Shown here one piece after another: positions 13,338-23,098 of a stretch of 64,000 bases of DNA. Both the position numbers and the translations under genes were made by a program. This stretch comes from Plasmodiophora brassicae (lineage: Eukaryota): contig CP145428.1 in the NCBI GenBank assembly GCA_036867785.1, positions 434,001-498,000 on the forward strand. The letters are read 5' to 3'. Below the pieces are notes generated by a model. That model was given only the letters and a program-made list of their open reading frames with translations, did not search any database and had not been told where the DNA came from. Each line of letters begins with the position of its first letter. The first letter of the stretch is position 1.

Positions 13338-14210
13338 CTATCCCCATGGACCGAAGAAGTAGAGGATGCAGAGGGCGACGATGATCATCAGGATCAGCAA
13401 GATGATCATCTTCTTCTTCCGGGCGCTCGCCTGGTACACCTCGGCCTTCTGCAGGGAGGTCTCGCCCTGGTGCGCGTACGACTTCGTCTCGGCGACGTTG
13501 CGCTCGATGACGTTCAGCGTCTCGCCCTGCAGGTCGACCAGCACGGCCATGTCGTTGAACAGCTCCTGCAGCTCCTTCACGCCCTGCTCGATCTCCAGCA
13601 TCTTCTGGTGCTTCTCCTCGATCTGTCGCATCGTCTCCGTCATCTCGCCGTCGCCCGCCGACATCGCATCCTGCAGGATCGCGCTCGGGTTCCCGCCTTG
13701 CACGACCTGCTCCATCTCCTCGTCGGTAATATCCGGTTTCACGATCTTCGCCTGCCTGGCGATTCGCGTCTTCACCGCGTCGTTGAACGCGGTCGTCGCG
13801 TCCTGGAACGCCTGCATGGACTTCTGGAACCGAGCCGCATGCGACGCCAACAGGTTCTCCCGCATCTGCCCCGACGTCGACGCCGGGTTCTTCGCCAGGT
13901 ACGCCGCGTTCTCGGCCATCAGCCCGTCCAGCTTCTTCTTGATCGAGCGGCCTTCGCGCCGGGTCGCTAGCATGATCCCGTCCAGGTCGGACATGATCGC
14001 ACGGTGCTCGTCCTCGCGAACGGACGCGGCGAACCGCGACCGCAACGCGGTCACGTCGGCCGTGTGCTTGTCGATCGCCTCGATCCCGAACTGGATGTCC
14101 TCATATGGCGCTAGGGCGTCTGCCACGGGCGACTTGGCGTCGTCCAGGTCGACTTTGACGGCGTCGTCCTTGGCGAGGCCCGCGCGTAGGTCGTCGAGAC
14201 GGCTCTGCAT
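13338..14210 (-). CDS. Syntaxin (plasma-membrane-type Qa-SNARE), intronless
   Basis: Habc region, SNARE motif IEQGVKELQELFNDMAVLVDLQGETLNVIERNV, C-terminal TM; first ATG at 14210. Confidence 0.95.
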   Translation of the reverse strand: MQSRLDDLRAGLAKDDAVKVDLDDAKSPVADALAPYEDIQFGIEAIDKHTADVTALRSRFAASVREDEHRAIMSDLDGIMLATRREGRSIKKKLDGLMAENAAYLAKNPASTSGQMRENLLASHAARFQKSMQAFQDATTAFNDAVKTRIARQAKIVKPDITDEEMEQVVQGGNPSAILQDAMSAGDGEMTETMRQIEEKHQKMLEIEQGVKELQELFNDMAVLVDLQGETLNVIERNVAETKSYAHQGETSLQKAEVYQASARKKKMIILLILMIIVALCILYFFGPWG

Positions 14211-14447
14211 ATGTCTCGCGCTAGGATTGGATCTGGGATTCCCGAATCCACAACCCGAACCAAACTTCCGGCCGTGACTCACTGCACCCGATTAATCCCT
14301 GTGGTGGGTTCGTCGTCGTTCACCAGGTGGATACGACGAACGTACCGGGACCCGGCAGCCATATGCGCTGTCGAACGGCATTGGGCGAGCACACACCCAG
14401 ATTTGACCCGTTACCTTGGGCGGATATCAGACGTCAGCAGAACCGTC

Positions 14448-15263
14448 ATGGCGTCCGCTGTGGACTGCGAAAGGAACTCGTTATTCTATTGCGACACACG
14501 AACATCGGGACACAGAGTGTTTGGGCCCATAATGGGACTACGGGGCACGGAGTCCGAGACGGGCCAGGGAACCGATACTAGGGCAGCCGACAAATATGTC
14601 CGACTGTGTCCCCACTACACACTATACGTGCTCCAGCATTTCAAACGAGGTGCTGTCCAGACTTTCGTGCGGCATACACCAGCAATTACGCCTGTGACGC
14701 GATTCGATCGCAAATTCTATTTTTGGCCTCGGAGCGAAGCATCGCTCGTCAACTGCCGCGACCTACCGGAAATAGCACCCTTGGCAGTGCGCAGTGCGGA
14801 CGAAGGTTTCCCGACGTCATTCACGTTGGAGGTCGACGCCATGCACGGGTGCCAGCCAACACCTACGTACGGGACACAGGCTCCACCTGCATATGGGGCG
14901 CAGGCACCACCTGCATGCGGGATGACGCAAGCGCCACCTGCGTACGGGATGCAACCGCTGCCTGCCTATGCGCCGCCTGCAGGGCACGGGACGGTGGCAC
15001 AAGCGCCGCCACCTGGTCAGGTGCACCAACCAGCGTACACACCGCAAGTGACGATCCAGCAGCAATATCATCCTGTTCCGGTGGCAATGGTGGCGCAAAC
15101 GGTGGGGGCATGCCCGGCCGGTGGCGACCATTGCATTGTCCAGGACGATCTCAACACGGGCCCGCTGGCGCTCGTGACCGCCCTGGTCTGCTTCCCCTGC
15201 GGCCTCCTCTGCCTGTTCACCGGCCAGCCCTCCCGGTGCACCAAGTGCCGCATGCGTTTCTAA
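14448..15263 (+). CDS. BRI3-like Pro-rich/Cys-rich membrane protein, copy 1 (core starts at ATG 14841; in-frame upstream extension)
   Basis: PPAY repeats, then CPAGGDHC..ALVCFPCGLLCL..RCTKCRMRF. Confidence 0.75.
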   Translation: MASAVDCERNSLFYCDTRTSGHRVFGPIMGLRGTESETGQGTDTRAADKYVRLCPHYTLYVLQHFKRGAVQTFVRHTPAITPVTRFDRKFYFWPRSEASLVNCRDLPEIAPLAVRSADEGFPTSFTLEVDAMHGCQPTPTYGTQAPPAYGAQAPPACGMTQAPPAYGMQPLPAYAPPAGHGTVAQAPPPGQVHQPAYTPQVTIQQQYHPVPVAMVAQTVGACPAGGDHCIVQDDLNTGPLALVTALVCFPCGLLCLFTGQPSRCTKCRMRF

Positions 15264-15401
15264 TCATTCAACGAATGAACCAAACGATTCAAATATCTCT
15301 GTAACGTACTAGTCTCTGAGTAAGACACGTTCGCAATCAGAGACCCAGGCTCTTGTCCTGTTCGCCAGCGTCGTCGGTAGATTATCGATCGGTTTATATC
15401 G

Positions 15402-15478
15402 AGCTGCTTCCCCTGTGGTCTCCACTGCCTGTGCATCGGCCAAGAATCCCGCTGCACAACTTGGGAATGCGCTTCTGA
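15402..15478 (+). pseudogene. Truncated 3' remnant of a BRI3-like gene
   Basis: Close nucleotide similarity to 16653-16729 (end of copy 3), with a frameshift; downstream flank also similar. Confidence 0.8.
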
Positions 15479-15724
15479 TTAACCTCAGCAAGTGTACAAT
15501 CCCCGAATCGACTAAGACCTGCAAGGAGATCAAGAACTCAGCGATGTAGGAACTAATCTTCGGACAGGAAGGGTCCCCTGAACACGGAAGAGCTGCAACG
15601 CGCTGTTACCGAGTGGTCACTGGTCACTCGGGGATCCGCCGCAAATAGCCATGTCCGCACTCATCCGCTCACGCGAGGACGGCGGGCTCACGCGAGGACA
15701 CCCTGCGAGTCGGACGTTGACGCT

Positions 15725-16108
15725 ATGTACGGGAGCCAGGCAACACCTACGTACGGGACACAGTCTCCACCACCTGGGTATGGCGCGCAGGCGCCACCTG
15801 CATACGTGACGACACAACTGCCGCCTGCGTACGCGCCACCTGCAGGGCATGGGATGATGGCCCAAGCACTGCCACCTGGTCAGGTGCACCAACCAGCGTA
15901 CACACCGCAAGTGACGATCCAGCAGCCGTATTATCCTGTTCCGGTGGCAATGGCATGCCCGGCCGGTGGCGACCATTGCGTTGTCCAGGACGATCTCAAC
16001 TTGAGCCCGCTGGCGCTCGTGTCCGCCCTGGTCTGCTTCCCCTGCGGCCTCCTCTGCCTATTCGTCGGCCAGGACTCCCGGTGCACCAAGTGCCGCATGC
16101 GTTTCTAA
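15725..16108 (+). CDS. BRI3-like protein, copy 2
   Basis: Highly similar to copy 1 core, including 3' flank. Confidence 0.8.
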   Translation: MYGSQATPTYGTQSPPPGYGAQAPPAYVTTQLPPAYAPPAGHGMMAQALPPGQVHQPAYTPQVTIQQPYYPVPVAMACPAGGDHCVVQDDLNLSPLALVSALVCFPCGLLCLFVGQDSRCTKCRMRF

Positions 16109-16420
16109 TCATTCATCGAATAAACCACGCGATTCAGATCTCTCACTTGCGAGTCTCTGTGTAAGACACGTTCGCGATCGGCGGCTCTTGTCCTGTTTGC
16201 CAGCGTCGTCGGTAGTTTACCGAAGTTTAGATTAGTTGGGTTTCGCGCTTTTCACGCAGGCGCCTCGGTCTCGGGTCCGATGACCGTAGGGACAAGAGTC
16301 TACCGAAGTCAGCATTGCTAATTCGAAGTCGGCCGCCAGAAATAGAACGTCAATGCGCGGCGGACACCTCGGGAAGTTTGCCACAACTGGTCTCTCGATC
16401 GCGTATTCAGCACCGAAGTC

Positions 16421-16729
16421 ATGTACGGCAAGCAAGCGCCGCAAGCGAACACGACAAATCCCTCACCCGCATATGGGTCACCTCCTTCTTACGGGGCGCA
16501 ACATCCGCAGCAAGTCACTGTCCATCAAGCGTATCATCATCCCGTTCCGGTTGCAGTGGTGGCGCAGACGATGGGGCCCTGTGCAGGTGGTAGTCACTGC
16601 GTAGTCAAAGACGATTTCAACATGAGCCCGCTGGCGCTTCTATGTGCCGTGTGCTGCTTCCCCTGCGGTCTCCTCTGCCTGTGCATCGGCCAAGAATCCC
16701 GCTGCACGAAATGTGGAATGCGCTTCTGA
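16421..16729 (+). CDS. BRI3-like protein, copy 3
   Basis: PPSY motif; CAGGSHC..CCFPCGLLCLC..RCTKCGMRF. Confidence 0.8.
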   Translation: MYGKQAPQANTTNPSPAYGSPPSYGAQHPQQVTVHQAYHHPVPVAVVAQTMGPCAGGSHCVVKDDFNMSPLALLCAVCCFPCGLLCLCIGQESRCTKCGMRF

Positions 16730-16846
16730 TGCACCCCAGCAATACATGTGTATCATCCGCGAGCCGATCGAGACTTGCACAGGCAGAACTGAGCGATGTA
16801 GAAACGAATCGAATGACCGCGAAGGACGTGGAGGGTAAAAAGACGT

Positions 16847-16919
16847 CGACCCCGGCGAGGTTTGAACTCGCGTACCTTCGCCTCCGGAGGGCGACATGCT
16901 ACCACTACACCACGAGGCC
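16847..16919 (-). tRNA. tRNA-Arg(CCG)
   Basis: Acceptor GGCCTCG/CGGGGTC, anticodon arm TCGCC-CTCCGGA-GGCGA, T-arm GCGAG-TTCAAAC-CTCGC, downstream T5 Pol III terminator. Confidence 0.9.
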
Positions 16920-17394
16920 CAGACTAGCGGCACACAGCAGGGAATTTACCACATGGCAGACGTGTTTCTTCCTGCCGCCTTCATGACATAACCAGAAATA
17001 TCCAGGTATGAGCATGGACAGTCCCCCCTGGGATACGCACGACTGGCGAATAGTGATGAGCACTCATTCAATTAAGAATCCAGCTTCGGCCGCAAGTCTC
17101 GCCTAATTTCGTGCGGCAGTCCCTTTGTAGATGCATCCAATACCTTTGCGTCGTTCTGCACATACGACCTGAGTCCCGTGACGTTTGTTGCACTGTTGCA
17201 GAATCGGCCCAGTTTCTGTGCAACGCTGTGGTTCTGTGCTCGGCCTAACCTGGCGCCCTCAAACGGTTCCTGGATAACGGGATATTCTCTTCCATGACGC
17301 TAGGTAGCCTCTGCTAATTGTGTGCCAAGAGGGTTTCCATTACGGATACGCATACCTGTCCGAATGGGATGGCGTGTCTCAACGGCGGTCCATC

Positions 17395-17475
17395 GGTAAG
17401 GAAGTCCTGGACTCTCGATACCGCGCTGGTATGCTGCAGTACTACATCGACTGGAAAGGCTCCCAACCTTCGTCA
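17395..17475 (+). mobile_element. Chromodomain remnant of a chromoviral Ty3/gypsy element
   Basis: KEVLDSRYRAGMLQYYIDWKGSQPS, similar to the chromodomain at 47445-47540. Confidence 0.7.
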
Positions 17476-17559
17476 GCACGCCGAGTCAGAGGGACAAACG
17501 TTAATCGTCGACAGGATCCCCGTATGCGCCGACGTCTACGGAAAGAGTCGCAAGCTAGA

Positions 17560-17995
17560 CGTCGCCATCGTCAACGAAGCGACATGGGGGACGAGGTTCG
17601 GCAATGTTCTGCAATGGGCGACCGTTCAAAAAGAACGAACGCCTTGTCGAACTTCTGGCAGACATTCAGGGGGTCAACGTGAACATCGAGACTGGGCGCG
17701 ACCACATGACGATGCCGTTACATTGGGCAGTGGCAGACGGAAATGAGCGAATCGTCAGGAGGCTGCTGAAATTCCGGGGGCCAACGTCACCGAGCGTACC
17801 GTGCCATTCATTAGGGTTCGACACTGCTAACGAAATCGTAAAATGGCTGCTGCACGCCAGGGAGTTGAAGTCAATGCACGCGACTGCCAAGAAAGACACC
17901 CCTGATTCTGGCTGCAGAGAAAGGACAACTAGACGTCGTCAAGACGCCGCCTAAATTCGGGGGTATCGACGTCGTCGACGGCAATGCCTTCAACT
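17560..17995 (+). pseudogene. Degenerate ankyrin-repeat gene fragment
   Basis: NERLVELLADIQGVNVN..MPLHWAVADGNERIVRRLLKFRG; neighbouring repeats frameshifted. Confidence 0.7.
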
Positions 17996-18002
17996 GACCT
18001 CG

Positions 18003-18686
18003 GCGGCAGCGTTGCTGAGGCTGGAATTACACGAACGGTACATGTTCGACAACGACAACCCATTTCTGTTCGGGTGCACGGAATCGATTCCGCCGTCGTT
18101 ACCGATTCTGTTCAAAGGCACTATCAAGTCGTTCGTTCTGATGGATATGGAGCGTTCATGGTTGCATGCGACACTTATCGACGAGGAGCAGCGGCCCAGC
18201 ATTTGGAATCATCCCTGGAGGTGCAAGTACGTGCTCCTCGTAAAGCAATTTGAGCGTTCGACTGGCATTCAGATTTCGTCCATCATCACATCAAGCGCCA
18301 GCTGTCACCAGGCGACGTGAAAGGCGAAGACCTTGGAACTGACCCTGAATGTCCTCAGTCTGACGATATGCGTCAATGTTTGACAGCCGGCGCTTGACGT
18401 GATGATAGGACGAAACCTGAATGCCGGTCGAACGTTCAAGTTGCTTTACGAGGAGCACGTACTTGCACCTCCAGGGATGGTTCCAAATGCTGGGCCGCTG
18501 CTCCTCGTCGATAAGTGTCGCATGCAACCATGAACGCTCCATATCCATCAGAACGAATGACTTGATAGTGCCTTTGAACAGAATCGGTAACGACGGCGGA
18601 ATCCATTCCGTGCACCCGAACAGAAATGGGCTGTCGTTGTCGAACATGTATCGTTCGTGTAAGACCGGCCTCAGCAACGCTGCCGC
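18003..18686. repeat. Long inverted repeat: arms 18003-18307 and 18381-18686, 73-bp spacer
   Basis: Same peptide (LHERYMFDND..WRCKYVLLVKQ) encoded on both strands; roughly 93-95% identity by eye. Confidence 0.97.
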
Positions 18687-19288
18687 AGAGATCAGCTGGA
18701 CGTTGCCGGTGATGTTCACGGTGAACCCTTGCACGTAGCTGTCAGGATCGGCTTCATGCTCTTGATCCACCGTTCCATTGGATAAGTCCATACGAACCCA
18801 GGAATAGGGCCCCATTGAGGAAATGACTTCCGGAGAACGCGGATCAGCGAATACATCTGAACGCCTTCACGAGGGAATGCACGAATGATGGGGTTGGAAT
18901 ATCCTCCATGGTACCCGTCCGTATGTACGTTAGCTAGCCCCAGACGACGCCGTCGAAACGAGATGCGCTAGGTTCTGATGTCGTCGCGTCTCGCACACAG
19001 GTACGTGATCGTCACTGATCGTCGACCACGCCGATCAGTCTCCGAAGGGTCGCAAAAACTGCGGAACTCCGTCAACGTGTCGGACGAACACCTCATCGGC
19101 ACGTCCCCTTTGTTGGCTCCAGTGGAAGTGCCTTTATCGTATCCAAGGCAGGTCGCAGCATCAAACGTCACCGGATAGGTATTCGCCCATCGCGTTGCCA
19201 GCGTAGCAGATTCTGTGTTTTGGATGAAAACGAGGAATATCGAGGCGCCTAAAAGCGCGAAACCCAAATATATACTTCTAACTAACAA
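18308..19288 (-). pseudogene. Disrupted gene for a possibly secreted protein
   Basis: Signal-peptide-like IYLGFALLGASIFLVFIQNTES followed by Cys-containing sequence; downstream frame 18815-18291 runs into the fold-back; no clean ATG start seen. Confidence 0.4.
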
Positions 19289-19381
19289 TTCTGCACTGTC
19301 GCCGATTGTGATTCGTGTGCGAGGCAGTACTCGTCCGCCGATCGTACCGCAGATACTGTCGTAGGCGGGGGGCGCGGCAAC

Positions 19382-19874
19382 ATGAACGACGCCGGTGGGA
19401 CGAACGTCTACAAGAACAGGGGCGTCCTGCTGGGCAACTGGGTGCGTATCTCAACCGAGGCATATTGGATCGCAGTGCATGACCCTACCCTTGCAGGTCG
19501 AAGACCGGTTTGTAACGGAGGCGAAGAAGAGGACCCAGACGCCGTCGGCGCAGGCGTCCGTACCGGCGCGCTTCCCGGTCAGCGAGGCACGAACCGCATT
19601 CGAATGGCCCGATCCGTCCAAGTCGAAAGACGCTGACACGCGCAACCGTGCGCCGAATTTCGCCGTCCCGCCCGTCCCCGAATACGACAAGCGCGCCATT
19701 CTCGACCCGAACGCCATCGCCGGGATCAAGCGCGTCTCGACGGACCCACCGCTGAACGTCCTCCGTTGGGACATTGTCGACCCGCAGACCAAGGCGGTCA
19801 ACGCGGCCACGTTCCCGGAGACGACGTACCGATCCGTGCACGGGAAGCCACCCAAACTGGGCCCCGGCAAATGA
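19382..19874 (+). CDS. Ciliary microtubule-inner-protein-like (CFAP68/95/107-type motif); intron 19442-19496
   Basis: Spliced GVLLGNW|VEDR motif and C-terminal TTYRSVHG. Confidence 0.6.
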
Positions 19875-19896
19875 ACACAGTGGTCGCTGGTATTGT

Positions 19897-20892
19897 CTAT
19901 TCTGGGGAGAACCCGGGGAGCAGTTTGGCGAGAAGCTTGTTGAGCGGGCGCATGTCCTCGGAGTGCAGCAGGCCGAACTCGCAGGCGAAGAACGCGAAGT
20001 GCTGGAACGACGAGTTCAGTTGCAGTTCGGCGCCCGCTTTCTTGATCTGCTCGAAATGCGAATCTGCACCCAGCGATATCGTGTCACACTCCCCGCTGCA
20101 CACATGCTCGAGAGCGGGCCGCCGCTTACAGTAGACGTGCCCGTATACGCGAAATATTCGCTTGTGGATCGTCTTCACGTGCTTGATGAAGTCATCGGGG
20201 TAGTCGTCGGTGGCAGACGGGAAGATCGCTGTCGCCGGCCGTCAACCCGTACTGATCAGACGGCAACGCGAACCGAACCCGTACCCGCGTTGCCGATGCA
20301 GGCCTCGATCCAGTCGAAGAGGAGCGCCATGTACTCGGGAGCGGAGACGGCCCGTGGCGACTTGCCGTCGTTCGTGTCCGACCACAGGTACTGGTACTTT
20401 GGCCCAGCCGACATCACCGGGCAGGACGTCGCCGTGCAGAACTCCTGGCAGGACCCGTAGATGATGGAAACGATGTTGTAGAAATGGATCTGCGCGGGGC
20501 GCCCCTCGTCAGCAGGTCGAACGCCCAGAGGTGTGGCACGCATGCAAGCCCAGGCGTACCGTGTTGACCGCGATCCAGTCGTTCAGGATCTGACCTTGTG
20601 GGAGCTGCACGAGATCCCGAAGCATCGGGTCCTTCTCCAGGCCGGCCCGTGTCCGCTCGCGACGTTGCCGCACGGTGCCTCTCAGCGTCTGGGCCAGCTG
20701 CCGTCGCGTGCTGCCCTGGACGACCTTCTCCTCCCTGAACTTCTTCAGCTGGATGTCCCTGCCGATGAAGTTCGCGTCGTCATCGTCGATCTTATCGTCC
20801 GCCCGCTGGACGGGGTCGGCGACTAGTGGCGCCGGCGCCGGTGCCGCCGGCTTCGGGTCGACGACGTCCGCCTTGCTGGAGCTGGATCCCAT
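19897..20892 (-). CDS. MOB kinase activator family protein (multi-exon)
   Basis: LVQLPQG..NDWIAVNT, FCTATSCPVMSAGPKYQYLW, SAPEYMALLFDWI, KRIFRVYGHVY..HF, LNSSFQHF..FGLL. Confidence 0.93.
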
Positions 20893-21057
20893 CGATGGAT
20901 TCCAATCCGGGGGTCGCGTGCCATCCCCGCTGGACCCGAGAATCCAACTCACGAACTGTTCGAATACAACAGTCCCGCTGGCCTAAGACGACGACGATTC
21001 GGGTGCTGCTGACGGGATGCCGGCGACCAGCTGTATTAGAGAAAGCGGCGCTCAGCC

Positions 21058-21649
21058 TCACGTGTGAGGCTTGCCTTCGCCACCGTCGTCATCGCCGGCG
21101 ACCAGGCGTTCCAGGGGGCCGTACTTGGCGGCCATCCACCCGACCGTCTGCGACGTCGTGATCGGCGTGCTGTACTTCTGGACGGGCGGGATGCCCGGGC
21201 GGCACAGCGACCACCCGAGGCCATGCTTCACGTACGACCGCATCTGGTCCGCCGTCTCCTGCCCAAGGTGAACGCTCGCGTTAACGATGGAGTGACGGCG
21301 GCGGGGCGCGGGCCACACCTTCTCGAGCGCCAGCGGGGCGTCCTTGTCGCTGCCCCCGTGTGCCTTATGATGCGCGACGATGAACTCATGCAAAGGCCCA
21401 CGGCGCGCCCGTTTCAGCATCTCCTCCTTCACGGCCGGGTCCACCTCTGAACGGCGAGGCACGTCAGCGGGGGGAGCCACAGCAACGATGCAGGTGCGCG
21501 ATCGCACCTGCATCGGCGGCGAGGAACCCGTAGAACTGGTGCCAGTCCTCGGTGGCCTGAATCTCAGCCTCGATCCGCTGCCTCCAGTTCTGGTCGTCGT
21601 GGACGCGGTTCAGCGCCTCGGCGTCGTCCTTCTGGTCGCCGCCCGACAT
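21058..21649 (-). CDS. FAM183/C20orf85-like ciliary protein (multi-exon)
   Basis: VHDDQNWRQRIEAE..WHQFYGFL and PVQKYSTPITTSQTVGW motifs. Confidence 0.55.
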
Positions 21650-21750
21650 CGTCGTCGTTCGCCTAAATCTACACGAAGGGTACGCCCGGATCGATCGGGA
21701 AGTTTCCCTGGCGCGCGCGCGCGCTCCCACCGAACGTTTAACTTAGTGCA

Positions 21751-22782
21751 TTACGTGAGCAGTCGCTTGAGCGCCGCCAGGAACGGATCGCGATAGTTCT
21801 TCACGACGGCCGTGGCGCCCATCAGGACGATGAACATCGTACCCGTCAGCTGGATGACCCTTATCCGGTTCTCCCGGCGCCGGCACAGCATGCGTTCGCG
21901 ACGCTGAAGGGCCTGACGTCGAACGGGGAACGTCTTCAGCGTGCTGTGCAGGCCGTCGTCCGGGATGTCCGCCCTGCTGACGGCGTGCGATCGCATCGGG
22001 AGCCGCACCTCGTCCGCGTCCGCATAGCAGATCTGGTGCACGACGTCCTGGAACATGTACCGGATGTACAACTGCTTGTCGGGCGCGTGCGGGCACGGGT
22101 CGAAGAACCCGTCGAGGAAGATCTTCGTGCGCGAGTGGTCGACGAGCTCGGACCCCTGGACCATGCACTGCACCGGGATCGTCACGTCGATGCACGACGC
22201 CACCGGGCGGTCCAGGGCGCCCCGGTGCCTCAGGTCGCCGTACAGCGCCTTGAGAATCACGACGCCGCCGCGACTCGACTCGATCATGCGCAGCGCGGTC
22301 ACCGTCTCAGACATGTTTGCAACCTGCACGACCAGGCCGAGCGTCAGGACGAGCGCCGCAGCCCGTCGAGTACGTACCATGTTGGCGGCACGTTCGCGTA
22401 GCTCGGCGACGACCTCGTTGATCTCGGCTTCGGGCACGTCCCGCTTGCCGTGCTGGAGGTCGTAGAGCAGGCGATGGTACCGGTCGCGCAGGACGCTGCC
22501 GGCGGACGTGATGCGATGGAACCGGTCCTTATCGTACGCGTTCGTCGCCGCGGCCGCGCGATCCGGATGGAACTTCTTCACCAGCTGCCGGTACGCGCGC
22601 TGGACCTCGTCGGCGGACGCCCCGACATCCAACCCCAGGATCGCGTACGCGTCGTCGTCAATCTCGTCGCCGTCTTCGTCGTCGTCGTCGTCGTCGTCAT
22701 CACCCACCGCGACCGGCGCCTTGGCGACGACCTCGTCGAGGTGGTGGCGATCGTCGTCGTCGCCGCCCACGCCGACGACCAT
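21751..22782 (-). CDS. J-domain protein with DNAJC11-type C-terminal domain (DUF3395); probable in-frame intron 22324-22377
   Basis: YAILG..FHPDR J domain; GVVILKALYG..IDVTIPVQCMV..GFFDPCP..KQLYIRYMF; C-terminal hydrophobic segment. Confidence 0.85.
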   Translation of the reverse strand: MVVGVGGDDDDRHHLDEVVAKAPVAVGDDDDDDDDEDGDEIDDDAYAILGLDVGASADEVQRAYRQLVKKFHPDRAAAATNAYDKDRFHRITSAGSVLRDRYHRLLYDLQHGKRDVPEAEINEVVAELRERAANMVRTRRAAALVLTLGLVVQVANMSETVTALRMIESSRGGVVILKALYGDLRHRGALDRPVASCIDVTIPVQCMVQGSELVDHSRTKIFLDGFFDPCPHAPDKQLYIRYMFQDVVHQICYADADEVRLPMRSHAVSRADIPDDGLHSTLKTFPVRRQALQRRERMLCRRRENRIRVIQLTGTMFIVLMGATAVVKNYRDPFLAALKRLLT

Positions 22783-23098
22783 CCGCGGAAAACCCGCCGC
22801 CCCCGCTGCCTCCCCGAAACAACAAATTGACGACAAAGTTGTCACAGAAATCACGACGCGGGAGCCGAACAACACCTCACAGTCGCCCGGCGCTCGTCAC
22901 GTCACTCAGACCCGCGACTCGCAGTCGGAAAACGGTAGGCGAAAAAAACAACGCGGCCCAAAACCATCGCGGAATCGACCAGGAAGAGGAAACGCGATCA
23001 CCTGCGAACCCCACTTACGTACGAACAGGTGGAACAGCGCAGTCTGTGTGCCAGCGACGCGATAAAGGTGATGAAGCGATTTCCGTTGTGTATAATTA

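Noticed and set aside
13366-14277. 303-aa antisense ORF over syntaxin, and many similar long shadow ORFs
   Set aside because: Expected from high GC3 codon bias; no independent motifs.
19382-21649. Operon-like ciliary gene cluster
   Set aside because: Only two tentative motif-level calls, on opposite strands and separated by MOB; chance adjacency is sufficient.
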